NCBI GenBank assembly: GCA_963806035.1
Contig: CAWDWO010000016.1
Coordinates: forward strand, 1-64,000
Reading direction: 5' to 3'
Origin: Candidatus Krumholzibacteriota bacterium
GTDB taxonomy: Bacteria; Krumholzibacteriota; Krumholzibacteriia; JAJRXK01
Length of the DNA stretch: 64,000 nt
Shown: piece after piece, positions 29,017-37,707 of the stretch
How the letters are laid out: each line of letters begins with the position of its first letter
How positions within the stretch are numbered: the first letter of the stretch is position 1
The notes under the pieces: model-generated
Databases searched by the model: none
What the model was told of the DNA's origin: nothing
What the model saw: the letters and a program-made list of their open reading frames with translations, nothing else
Program-made: the position numbers and the translations under genes

Positions 29017-29685
29017 ATGCACAGACTGGTGGCACTCATCGCATTCTCGATGGCTCTTGTGATCGTGGGAGGAGCTGAGGCCAGCGAACTGAGCCTAGAA
29101 GCAACGCTCAGCGGACACGACGAGCGCGAAGATGGCGCCGCAGGGTGTCTTCAGGAAGCGGCGTTCAGCGTGGGCCTGCCCAGCTCACAACCCAACTTGA
29201 GAGTGGGGGGTGAAGCGGCGGGTTGTGATTCGGAGTGGGCCGCTTTCTTCGAATTCGATCTGAATACGGTGCCAGCGACGGAGCAGATCTACAGCGCGAC
29301 TCTGGTGGTGCGTAAGACGGGCTACTCGGATGACTCGCAGGGCTTCGCCTATATCGGAGCATTCCCTTATTTGGCTAGCGGCGAGGAGCTTCTCGTGCCG
29401 CGCGAGGATCTGGATCCGCAGACTGCCCTGGATATCGTCTATCCCTCGGCGGTCAACGGCGACCTCAGCTTCGATGTCACGAGCGTCATCCAAGACTGGG
29501 TCGCTCACGGAGCGGACCGGGCGGGCTTGCTTCTCGCGGGGATTTACTCGGAGGCGGGTTACGAGGACTGGATCTCCGTGGGCGGGCACGGAAGCACGGC
29601 GCCGCCGAGGCTAGAAATTCAGTATCAGAGCACGGTGGGTTCCCACCCCATGAGCTTGTCGTCGATCAAGGCCGGCTTTCGTTAG
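29017..29685 (+). CDS. Secreted DNRLRE-like beta-sandwich protein with variant C-terminal tail
   Basis: AEA signal peptide; FFEFDL..VP...I.SATL, SFDVTSVIQDWV, PRLEIQY; ends SLSSIKAGFR. Confidence 0.65.
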   Translation: MHRLVALIAFSMALVIVGGAEASELSLEATLSGHDEREDGAAGCLQEAAFSVGLPSSQPNLRVGGEAAGCDSEWAAFFEFDLNTVPATEQIYSATLVVRKTGYSDDSQGFAYIGAFPYLASGEELLVPREDLDPQTALDIVYPSAVNGDLSFDVTSVIQDWVAHGADRAGLLLAGIYSEAGYEDWISVGGHGSTAPPRLEIQYQSTVGSHPMSLSSIKAGFR

Positions 29686-29721
29686 TTAGGCCCGAGCCCG
29701 GTCCTAAAAAGGAGAACGAGA

Positions 29722-30198
29722 ATGAACCCTCTTAGCCGTGGAATTTTCTTCGCTATGATTGGTATGTTCCTCTACATGAGCGGATGTGCAAAACAGCCAG
29801 AAATCGCCGACCAGCGCGCGCTGCTCCTTCAAACGGATCGGGAGTTCTCCGCCTATTCCGCGCTACACGGCGCGGCCGAAGCATTCAAAGAGTATCTGGT
29901 GGAGGACGCACTTCAGCTGCCGGCGGGGGAGGCTCCCATTCACGGACGGGACAGCATCTACGAGGCGATGTCCAAGAACAGCGGCTCTTACACTCTCAGC
30001 TGGGAACCACAGGATGGCGCGGTCGCGGCTTCGGGGGACATGGCCTACACCTGGGGTGTCTATACCGTCAAAGTACCCAACCAGGATGGAAGCGAGACGA
30101 CGAGTCAGGGGAAGTACTTGAACGTATGGCGGAAGACGGTCGATGGGCAGTGGAGAGTGCTGATCGACATGGGGAATCAAAATCCGCCTGCCGAATGA
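29722..30198 (+). CDS. DUF4440/YybH NTF2-like lipoprotein
   Basis: Lipobox MSGC; LSWEP....VAASGDMAYTWG.Y, GKYLNVWRK..DGQW. Confidence 0.85.
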   Translation: MNPLSRGIFFAMIGMFLYMSGCAKQPEIADQRALLLQTDREFSAYSALHGAAEAFKEYLVEDALQLPAGEAPIHGRDSIYEAMSKNSGSYTLSWEPQDGAVAASGDMAYTWGVYTVKVPNQDGSETTSQGKYLNVWRKTVDGQWRVLIDMGNQNPPAE

Positions 30199-30230
30199 GT
30201 TTGTTGGTTTGGGGTGTGGGAATCCGCCGG

Positions 30231-30398
30231 CTAGAAATCGTCGAAGTCCTCGTCATCGTCATCGAACTCATCCCGAGAACGCTCGGGCTCGCCGCCCTGG
30301 CGCTTCAGGCGTTTTCGCTCCAGTTTTTCTTCTCGCTTCTTTTTCTTCTTCAGCTCCTTCTTTCGTTTTTCCGCCCCATAGTTGGTCCGTTTCGCCAT
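30231..30398 (-). CDS. Small 55-aa basic/acidic protein (absent from the ORF track)
   Basis: AGGAGG RBS; my translation is MAKRTNYGAEKRKKELKKKKKREEKLERKRLKRQGGEPERSRDEFDDDDEDFDDF*. Confidence 0.75.
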   Translation of the reverse strand: MAKRTNYGAEKRKKELKKKKKREEKLERKRLKRQGGEPERSRDEFDDDDEDFDDF

Positions 30399-30538
30399 TG
30401 CGTCGAGTACCTCCTGACTCGCTCGGGATCCTCGGGCCGTCCGCGCTGGTCACGACTGTCGTGCCCATCGCCGAAATTCAGCCTCGCCTAGATTTTATCC
30501 GATCCGAGCCAGCGAGGGAATTGCCAAAGGTCCCGGAT

Positions 30539-31183
30539 TCACAGCACGTAGCGCAAGACGGCGAAGTAGTGACAGGCGCTTCCCGCCAGCACGAAAAGGT
30601 GCCAGATCGCGTGGTGGTAGGGGACGCGGCGGGAGAGGTAGAAGTAGATCCCCCCCGAATAGGCCGCTCCGCCAGCGGCGAGCAGCAACAGGCAGCCCGT
30701 GGGCAGACTCGCCGCCAGGGGCCGGGCCGCGATCACCACGATCCATCCCATCAAAAGGTACAGTCCCAAGGATACCCCGCGAAAGCGCCGTCGGAGCAGC
30801 GCCTCCTGGACGATTCCCAGCACGGCCAGCCCCCAGATCACCCCGAAGAGGCTCCAGCCCCAGGCGCCCCGAAGCGGAACCAAAGTAAAGGGCGTGTAGG
30901 TCCCGGCGATGAGCAGGTAGATCGCGCTGTGATCAAGGGCGCGGAATACGTTTTTCGCCCGTGAAGGGGGCAGACCGTGGTAGAGGGTCGAGATCAGGTA
31001 GAGCAGAAGGAGACTCGCTCCGTAGACCGAGGCCGCCACGATCCGCCAGGGATCGGCAGTTTTCGCGGCATGGAGCAACAGTACCACGAGCCCCACCAGC
31101 GCGAGCAGGGCGCCCAGGCCATGGGTGAGGACGTGCGCTCGTTCTTCGGCGCGCGTGTGCTGGTATTCGCCGCGGATCTTCAT
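30539..31183 (-). CDS. Hemolysin III/PAQR family membrane protein (TrhA/YqfA-like)
   Basis: EE.A..LTHG, STLYH, LDHSAIYLLIAGTYTPF, YLLMGW, HAIWHLFVLAGS.CH. Confidence 0.92.
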   Translation of the reverse strand: MKIRGEYQHTRAEERAHVLTHGLGALLALVGLVVLLLHAAKTADPWRIVAASVYGASLLLLYLISTLYHGLPPSRAKNVFRALDHSAIYLLIAGTYTPFTLVPLRGAWGWSLFGVIWGLAVLGIVQEALLRRRFRGVSLGLYLLMGWIVVIAARPLAASLPTGCLLLLAAGGAAYSGGIYFYLSRRVPYHHAIWHLFVLAGSACHYFAVLRYVL

Positions 31184-31466
31184 CGTGGCCGTCCTCGCGT
31201 GGGTGGGGTGAAGACAGACAGTGGATAGGTAGACCGCGCGGGTCGCATTGCCAAATCCCGATACCGGATCTACTCTTGGTCTTGAGTCTGAGCGGCCCGC
31301 GCCCAGTGGCCGCCGCAGCGTCGATCGTGCGCCTCCCCACTGCAAAAAGGAGTCCGCGGAAACGGAGGCCTGGCCTTGCCAGACTTTGGTACTCCGTAGC
31401 CGGTCGAGGAGCCTGCCTCGAGGGAGTGCACGAGGAGCCCTCAAAGCCCGAAAGTCGAGTGCAGCG

Positions 31467-31841
31467 ATGCCTGAGAAACTGCGCATCGATCACGACAGGG
31501 GGATCGTCCTGATCGAGTCCTGTGGCGCCGTCAGTGTGGCGGATATCCGCGCGTCCATCCAGGCAGTGGAGGCCATCTTCGCTGAAGAAGGGCTCGACAG
31601 GACCCTGGTCGATGCGCGAACGCAGGACCAACCGCCCTCGATCACCGAACTCTACGAAATCGCTTCGGACTTGCCCCGGGGCGTCCGGATCGCCCTGTTG
31701 ACCAGCAGCGGGACCCCCGCGGAGGATGGCCTTCGCTTTCTGGAAACGGTGGCCAAGAACACCGGACTGGAAGTGAGAGTCTTTCTCGACGAGGACGAGG
31801 CCCTGGCCTGGTTGGATCATTCAGCCTCGAGTTCGGCTTGA
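31467..31841 (+). CDS. Small SpoIIAA-like (STAS/SEC14-like) protein
   Basis: LVDAR, RIALL, FLETVAKN.G..VRVF.DEDEALAWL. Confidence 0.6.
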   Translation: MPEKLRIDHDRGIVLIESCGAVSVADIRASIQAVEAIFAEEGLDRTLVDARTQDQPPSITELYEIASDLPRGVRIALLTSSGTPAEDGLRFLETVAKNTGLEVRVFLDEDEALAWLDHSASSSA

Positions 31842-32872
31842 TACACCTGACCGTAGATCTCCCACAGCGTCAGGCAGACTGCCGCCAGAATGGGACCCAA
31901 GAGTAGCCCCGGGATGCCAAATAGTCCCAATCCCCCCAATGTGCCGAAGAGAATCATGAGCTGGTGCATCTGCGTGTCCTTGCCCGCCATCATCGGCCGC
32001 AGCAGGTTGTCCACGGCTCCCACGATCAAGAGGAACCACAGGGTGAGCAGAATCGCGCTGCTCGGATGTCCAGCCGCGGCCAGGTAGATCACGGCGGGAA
32101 CCCAGATGAGGCCTGTGCCAACCCCGGGAACCACAGACAGCACGACCATGAGCGCTCCCCAAAACACCGGGCCGTGGAGACCGGCAACCCAAAATCCGAT
32201 TCCACCGAGAAGCCCCTGCAAGACTCCTATGGCCAGCGTGCCACGCAACATGGCGCGACCCACCGAGACGAAGCGGTTCATCATCTTCATCTCGTCATCG
32301 TGAGAGAGCGGCAAATAGTAGAGGAACTTGTCCAGGGCCTTCTGCCCATCCTTTAGCAAGAAGTACATGCAGTAGCCGAAAAGAAAGAAGTGGAAGAGGA
32401 ACTTCGCCGTGCGCCCGGTGACCCCCGCGACTCCGCTCACGAAGTAGTGCCCCGTGCTCTGCACGATCGACATGACTTTGGTGAGCACCTCTTTTCGATC
32501 CAGACCGATGTCATCGAGGATCGGCAGCAGATTGTAGATCCTGGCCAAGGGATCTGGCTTGGCGAGTTGTTGTTCCACCCAGGGTCGTATGGTGTGACTC
32601 ACCTCGATGGCTTGATTCGCGGCCACCACCACCAAGAACAGCAGGGGCACGATCACGATCAAGAGAACGATGATGAGAGTGGTCAGCGAGGCGAGGCTGC
32701 GCCTGCCGCGAAACAGCCGCTCCAGGGCCCGATAGAGCGGTTGGAACAGTCCGGAGAAGATGGCCGCCAACAGGAAGGTGACGAGGAAAGGCCTGACCAT
32801 CGCGAAGAAGAGCGCGGTGATCAAGATGGTGATCGCGAGCACGCTTGCCTTGACGAAGGTCGGACGACTCAT
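31817..32872 (-). CDS. AI-2E family transporter
   Basis: YFLLKDG, GTL.IG.LQG, VPGVG..LIWVP, VDNLLRP, GG..LFG..GL.LGP. Confidence 0.9.
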   Translation of the reverse strand: MSRPTFVKASVLAITILITALFFAMVRPFLVTFLLAAIFSGLFQPLYRALERLFRGRRSLASLTTLIIVLLIVIVPLLFLVVVAANQAIEVSHTIRPWVEQQLAKPDPLARIYNLLPILDDIGLDRKEVLTKVMSIVQSTGHYFVSGVAGVTGRTAKFLFHFFLFGYCMYFLLKDGQKALDKFLYYLPLSHDDEMKMMNRFVSVGRAMLRGTLAIGVLQGLLGGIGFWVAGLHGPVFWGALMVVLSVVPGVGTGLIWVPAVIYLAAAGHPSSAILLTLWFLLIVGAVDNLLRPMMAGKDTQMHQLMILFGTLGGLGLFGIPGLLLGPILAAVCLTLWEIYGQVYQAELEAE

Positions 32873-32948
32873 GCGAGGAGGCTAGCATCGGGCGCGCGGT
32901 GGGCCAAGCAATATCGCCGCTGCCCGCTCAGGGCCTGGCGCTGCCCGT

Positions 32949-33380
32949 TCAGCCGGTCATGATGTATTTCTCGAGCTGCTCGATATGGAATTCGTGCTCG
33001 GAGATGATGGCCTTCACGACGTCGCCGATGGAGATGACGCCGATCACATTGCCGCTATCCACTACGGGAAGATGGCGGATGCGGCGCTCGGTCATCAAAG
33101 CCATCGCCTCTTCCACTGGCGCGTCCGGAGGGATGCACAGGACCTTCGTCGACATGATCTCCTCGACCTTGCAATCGCGTGAGGACTTTCCCTGGAGAAT
33201 GACTTTGCGGGCATAGTCTCTTTCGGAGAGCAGACCCACGAGTTTCTCGCCGGTCATCACGAGAAGGGCGCCGACCCCCTTTTCCGAGAGCATTTCGACA
33301 GCCTGGTAGACCGTGGCGTCGGGAGAGATGTGATAGATTTCGTGACCCTTGTTCTTCAGTAGCTGCTTGATCTTCTTCAT
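32949..33380 (-). CDS. CBS domain pair protein
   Basis: VGALLV, GLLSERDYARKV, RIRHLPVV, GVISIGDVVK. Confidence 0.92.
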   Translation of the reverse strand: MKKIKQLLKNKGHEIYHISPDATVYQAVEMLSEKGVGALLVMTGEKLVGLLSERDYARKVILQGKSSRDCKVEEIMSTKVLCIPPDAPVEEAMALMTERRIRHLPVVDSGNVIGVISIGDVVKAIISEHEFHIEQLEKYIMTG

Positions 33381-33605
33381 ACCAATTCCTCTCGAGCGGG
33401 CGCGAAAACGAGAAGGTACCAAAAGATGTCCCTCCTCAAAGATCTAAAGCGGGGGAGGCGCGGACGCAAGACAAAGCTCCATTCGCCAAGGGCTTAGGCC
33501 AGTGTCCCTCGATCGCGACCCCACCCACACAGTTTGCTAGGCAAGTGGGCGCAGGCATGGTAGGAAGTTCCTTGGCGGCACACTTTCCAGCCGAGGAGGC
33601 TTTGC

Positions 33606-34964
33606 ATGGAGCAGCTCACCTTCCTCTTGAGTCAGGCGTCGGATTTCATCTGGGGTCCGTGGCTGCTCATTCCTCTCCTGCTCTTTACCGGCCTCTACCT
33701 GACTCTGCGCCTCAAGGGACTGCAGTTCAAAGAACTGTACGGCGCCCTGTATCTTGCGCTCATCGTCCGCAAGGACAAGGGCGCCACCGGAGACATTTCA
33801 CATTTCCAGGCCCTGATGACCGCACTGGCCGCCACGGTGGGCACGGGAAACATCGTCGGAGTGGCCACCGCGATCGCCCTGGGCGGACCGGGCGCCGTTT
33901 TCTGGATGTGGATGACGGGTCTGTTGGGAATGGCCACCAAGTACTCCGAGGCCCTGCTCGCCGTCCATTACCGCGTGACCGATCACCGCGGCGAGCAAGC
34001 GGGCGGTCCCATGTACTATCTCTCGCGAGGCGTTCGCGCGCAGCCCTTGGGCAAGATCCTCGGTCTGCTCTTTGCGATCTTCGCCGCCATCGCGGCCTTC
34101 GGCATCGGAAACATGGTGCAATCGAACTCGGTGGCGCAGGCCCTGCACGAGAGCTTCAACGTCTCGGTCTACGTCACGGGAATCGTACTGGCGCTTGGAG
34201 CGGGGGCGGTAATTCTGGGCGGCATTCGTAGTATAGGAAGGTTCACGGCGGCATTCGTGCCGGTGATGATCGCCGTGTACATGGCGGGAACTCTCGTCAT
34301 CTTGTTCCGCTTCGCCGGGGCGATTCCCCACGCCCTCGTCCTCATCGTCCACGATGCTTTCAACGGGACCGCTCTCACTGGAGGATTCGTCGGTGCGGCA
34401 GTGGCTTCCGCGATACGCTTCGGGGTTGCCCGGGGGATTTTCTCGAACGAATCGGGCCTGGGCTCCGCCGCCATCGCCGCTGCTGCGGCGCAAACCGAGG
34501 AACCCGTGCGGCAGGCCATGGTCTCGATGACCCAGACCTTCATCGATACCATCGTCGTGTGCTCGCTCACCGCTTTGGTCATTCTCACCACGGGCGCCTG
34601 GGAGAGCGGTGCGAATGGTGCACCTCTCACGCAGCTGGCCTTCAGTCGCGGACTTCCCGGTCAGTGGGGGGGATGGCTGGTTGCGATCAGTCTCTCGATG
34701 TTCGCCTTCTCGACGATTCTGGGCTGGAGTTATTACGGAGAGAAGAGCATCGAGTATCTGCTCGGAGAACGCTTCATTCTGGTTTACCGAGTTCTCTTTG
34801 TGACCGCCGTGCTCTTCGGCGCCATTCGCAGCCTCAGTTTCGTGTGGACCGTCTCGGACGTAATGAATGGTTTGATGGCGTTGCCAAATCTGATCGGACT
34901 CTTGCTCTTGAGCGGAGTCATCGTCGACCAGACGCGTAGCTATTTCCGCAGGCGAGCGGGCTAG
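33606..34964 (+). CDS. Sodium:alanine/glycine symporter (AGCS family)
   Basis: [56 protein letters not shown]. Confidence 0.93.
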   Translation: MEQLTFLLSQASDFIWGPWLLIPLLLFTGLYLTLRLKGLQFKELYGALYLALIVRKDKGATGDISHFQALMTALAATVGTGNIVGVATAIALGGPGAVFWMWMTGLLGMATKYSEALLAVHYRVTDHRGEQAGGPMYYLSRGVRAQPLGKILGLLFAIFAAIAAFGIGNMVQSNSVAQALHESFNVSVYVTGIVLALGAGAVILGGIRSIGRFTAAFVPVMIAVYMAGTLVILFRFAGAIPHALVLIVHDAFNGTALTGGFVGAAVASAIRFGVARGIFSNESGLGSAAIAAAAAQTEEPVRQAMVSMTQTFIDTIVVCSLTALVILTTGAWESGANGAPLTQLAFSRGLPGQWGGWLVAISLSMFAFSTILGWSYYGEKSIEYLLGERFILVYRVLFVTAVLFGAIRSLSFVWTVSDVMNGLMALPNLIGLLLLSGVIVDQTRSYFRRRAG

Positions 34965-34986
34965 GAGAATCCCCAGCCGGCGTGCT

Positions 34987-35658
34987 TCAGTGCAATACGC
35001 TTTGCAACCAGGCGCCGATGGCCTGGATCTCTTCCAGCACCACCTGATGTTGCATGGGGTACTCGTGCCACTCTACCGAGTAGCCGAGTTGTTGCAGACG
35101 ATCGCGCGCAGCGGTTCCCTTGTCGAAGGGCACCATGGGGTCGAAGATCCCGTGCGCCTGAAAGATGGGGATGTCGGCGTTGATCGAGCTGCGCTCCTGC
35201 TCGAACTTCGACTCCAGGAGCATGTAAGTGCTCAGAGCCAAGATCCCGGCCAGGCGCTCGGGATAGCGCAACCCGGTGAACAGCGAAATCGCGCCGCCCT
35301 GGGAAAAGCCGGCCAGCAAGATGCGTTCGCAGGGGACGCCGCGCTGGTTTTCGCGGACGATGAGTTCCTCGAGTCTTCGAGCGGACCCCCGGATGCCTTC
35401 CTCGTCGTGCCCGCGCTTCAAATCGAGTTCGACGATGTCGTACCAGGCGCGCATGACCATTCCCTGGTTCAAAGTCACCGGGATTCTGGGTGCATGCGGG
35501 AAGACGAAGCGGATCGCGTGGTCCTCGGGAAGCCCCAGGGAGGGGACGATCGGCTCGAAATCGTGCCCATCCGCGCCCAATCCGTGCAACCAGATCACCG
35601 AGCTGGTCGCCTTTTGGCGGGGTTCGATCTCAACACATTCCAGATGAGCAGAACTCAC
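34987..35658 (-). CDS. Phospholipase/carboxylesterase (alpha/beta hydrolase)
   Basis: VIWLHGLGADG.DF, MRAWYDI, GFSQGG, HG..DP.VP, YPMQH. Confidence 0.92.
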   Translation of the reverse strand: MSSAHLECVEIEPRQKATSSVIWLHGLGADGHDFEPIVPSLGLPEDHAIRFVFPHAPRIPVTLNQGMVMRAWYDIVELDLKRGHDEEGIRGSARRLEELIVRENQRGVPCERILLAGFSQGGAISLFTGLRYPERLAGILALSTYMLLESKFEQERSSINADIPIFQAHGIFDPMVPFDKGTAARDRLQQLGYSVEWHEYPMQHQVVLEEIQAIGAWLQSVLH

Positions 35659-35729
35659 AGCGATTCCTCGAGAAATTGGGTCCTGGGCAAGCTATTTCCA
35701 GCCGTGGCTGCGGGCAAGTCCAATTCGCC

Positions 35730-35757
35730 GGTTCTGTCTCCGAGATTGTTCCTGGCC
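35730..35757 (+). repeat. IS left inverted repeat GGTTCTGTCTCCGAGATTGTTCCTGGCC
   Basis: Exact reverse complement of 36960-36987. Confidence 0.95.
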
Positions 35758-35780
35758 CGGATGCTGCGTGACGGGGTGGC

Positions 35781-36896
35781 ATGGCCACGGACCCGACACG
35801 CAGGCCGGGTTGGGGGCCTCCCCACTGTCCCAATTCCAGCTGCAAGTACCACAAGGACTTGCTCGACACCGCGCCCCGCTGGCGCTATGTCCGCAAGGGT
35901 TTCTATACGCGCCCCTCGGACCAAAGACGTGTCCAACGTTTCCAGTGCCGGACATGTGGTGTCAACTTCTCCAGCCAGACGTTTTCTCTGAGCTACTGGC
36001 AGAAGCGTCCCGAGCTCACCAATAAGATTTTTCTGCTGAGCCTGGGCTGCATGGCCACTCGCCAGATCGCCCGCACCCTGAAGGCCAGTCCGCAGACCAT
36101 CTCCGAACACATCGCCCGACTCGCCCGTCACGCCATGTTGTGGCAGACACATCGGTTGCAGGGAGTAAAGGCACGCGGTCCGGTGGTGATCGACGGACTG
36201 CGCAGCTTCGAGTACAGCCAGTACCATCCCATCGAGCATCACGTGGCGGTCGAAAAGGACACGAGCTTCGTGCTCTATCACACCGAGAGTGAGCTACGCC
36301 GGAGCGGGCGGATGACCGCTTATCAGCGTAAGAAGCGGCAGAGGATCGAGGAACGCATCGGCCGGCCGGATCCCCAGGCCACCCGCAAGGACGTCCAGGA
36401 GCTGCTGGCGGTATCCCTCGAGGGACTGGAGCGAGCCATCGTCCACAGCGATGAACATCGTGCTTACGTGCAGGCAATCCGCAAGCTAGAGCCGAGCGTC
36501 ACTCACCGCGTGACGAACTCGAAGAAGCGGCGCAGCCAGCACAATCCACTCTACGAAATCAACCTCCTCGATCTGTGGATTCGTCATGCGCAGAGCAACC
36601 ACAAGCGCGAGACCATCGCGGCCTCCAAGCGCCGCCAGGCCAGCGCGGAGAAACTCACGCTGTTGCAAGTATGGAAGAACTACATCCAGAGGCGACGGGT
36701 GAACGGACCGCCAGAGACTCCGGCGATGCTGAAGGGGCTGATCGATCGCCCTCTCTCGTTCGGGGAGATCTTTCGCAGACGGCTGTTTCCAGGGCGGATC
36801 AAACTCCCTGCACGCTGGCAGCTCTACTATCGGCGGGCGGTGTCCACGCGGGAGTACCCGCGCAACCAGGCGCATCGGCTGAAGTACGCGTTTTGA
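35781..36896 (+). CDS. Transposase, IS1-like (zinc ribbon, HTH, DDE/D core)
   Basis: CPNSSC...RFQCRTC zinc ribbon; RQIARTL HTH; VVIDG, HSDEH.AY, NPLYEINLLD, KRETIA, TPAM..GL. Confidence 0.82.
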   Translation: MATDPTRRPGWGPPHCPNSSCKYHKDLLDTAPRWRYVRKGFYTRPSDQRRVQRFQCRTCGVNFSSQTFSLSYWQKRPELTNKIFLLSLGCMATRQIARTLKASPQTISEHIARLARHAMLWQTHRLQGVKARGPVVIDGLRSFEYSQYHPIEHHVAVEKDTSFVLYHTESELRRSGRMTAYQRKKRQRIEERIGRPDPQATRKDVQELLAVSLEGLERAIVHSDEHRAYVQAIRKLEPSVTHRVTNSKKRRSQHNPLYEINLLDLWIRHAQSNHKRETIAASKRRQASAEKLTLLQVWKNYIQRRRVNGPPETPAMLKGLIDRPLSFGEIFRRRLFPGRIKLPARWQLYYRRAVSTREYPRNQAHRLKYAF

Positions 36897-36959
36897 GGGA
36901 GAAGGAGCCTGCCGGGGAGTGATCTGAGCCAACTCGGCCTCCCGCACGAACTACGCGCC

Positions 36960-36987
36960 GGCCAGGAACAATCTCGGAGACAGAACC
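36960..36987 (-). repeat. IS right inverted repeat
   Basis: GGCCAGGAACAATCTCGGAGACAGAACC, the reverse complement of the left repeat. Confidence 0.95.
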
Positions 36988-37044
36988 ATTCCTCTGCGTT
37001 TAACCTTCGAGCCAGGAGTCTGAAACCACAGCTGGAGGCATTCG

Positions 37045-37707
37045 ATGAGACGCATCACTCTCGCGCGGGTCTTCGTTCTCGCTCTCGTTTTCGGGTCACT
37101 TTTTTCGGCGACCGCACTGGCGGCCAAGAGGGACCATCCGCAGCCGCGTACTGCCAAGCAAAAAGTCGATGTTCCACTCGACAAAATACGGGTGAGCGAT
37201 GGCGACACCATGGTCATCGATTGGGCCGAGGGTGATCGCGAGCGAGTGCGCGTCCTGGGGATCGACACGCCGGAGATCGCGCACGAAGGACATTTTCTCA
37301 CCGAGGATCAACCGCACGGGCAAGAGGCGCGTGAATTCGCCGCGAAGCTCTTCGCTCAGGCCAAGCAGATTCAGCTCCTGCGCGCCGACCAGACCGATAC
37401 CTACGGCCGCACCCTCGGCTTCTTCTTCCTGGACGGAAAGAACTACTCACCCATGGTCCTGCGCGCGCGCTTGGCCTACGAGACGGTGAGTCACTACGGG
37501 GACAACGGCTTCCCCGAAGAGGCCGCGGAGTGTTTGGAGGCCGCAAAGGAAGCACAGAAGCAGGGAAAGCTGGACTTCGAGCAACCCTATCTCTTTCGGC
37601 GCATGATGCGCGAGCGTCAGGAGGCGGCGAAGGCTCCCAAGTCGCAGCGGCCGAGCAAGTCTCCCAAAGCTGACAAGGACGAGAAAAGCGAAGGCGGAGG
37701 GCATTAG
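37045..37707 (+). CDS. Thermonuclease (SNase-like), secreted
   Basis: ALA signal peptide; DGDT, VRVLGIDTPE, DTYGRTL; GGAGG RBS. Confidence 0.9.
   Translation: MRRITLARVFVLALVFGSLFSATALAAKRDHPQPRTAKQKVDVPLDKIRVSDGDTMVIDWAEGDRERVRVLGIDTPEIAHEGHFLTEDQPHGQEAREFAAKLFAQAKQIQLLRADQTDTYGRTLGFFFLDGKNYSPMVLRARLAYETVSHYGDNGFPEEAAECLEAAKEAQKQGKLDFEQPYLFRRMMRERQEAAKAPKSQRPSKSPKADKDEKSEGGGH

Larger units (their letters stand above)
35730..36987. mobile_element. Insertion sequence, IS1-like, 1258 bp
   Basis: Perfect 28-bp terminal inverted repeats flank a single transposase ORF; no target-site duplication is visible. Confidence 0.88.

Noticed and set aside
30539..31183. Hemolysin toxin
   Set aside because: The hemolysin III/PAQR family is a widespread membrane-homeostasis family; the name is not evidence of virulence.
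35655..36281. 208-aa antisense ORF within the IS as a passenger gene
   Set aside because: It runs through the inverted repeat and is antisense to the transposase, with no motifs.
35721..36996. Target-site duplication of the IS
   Set aside because: The flanks share only ATTC at non-equivalent positions, so there is no true direct repeat.
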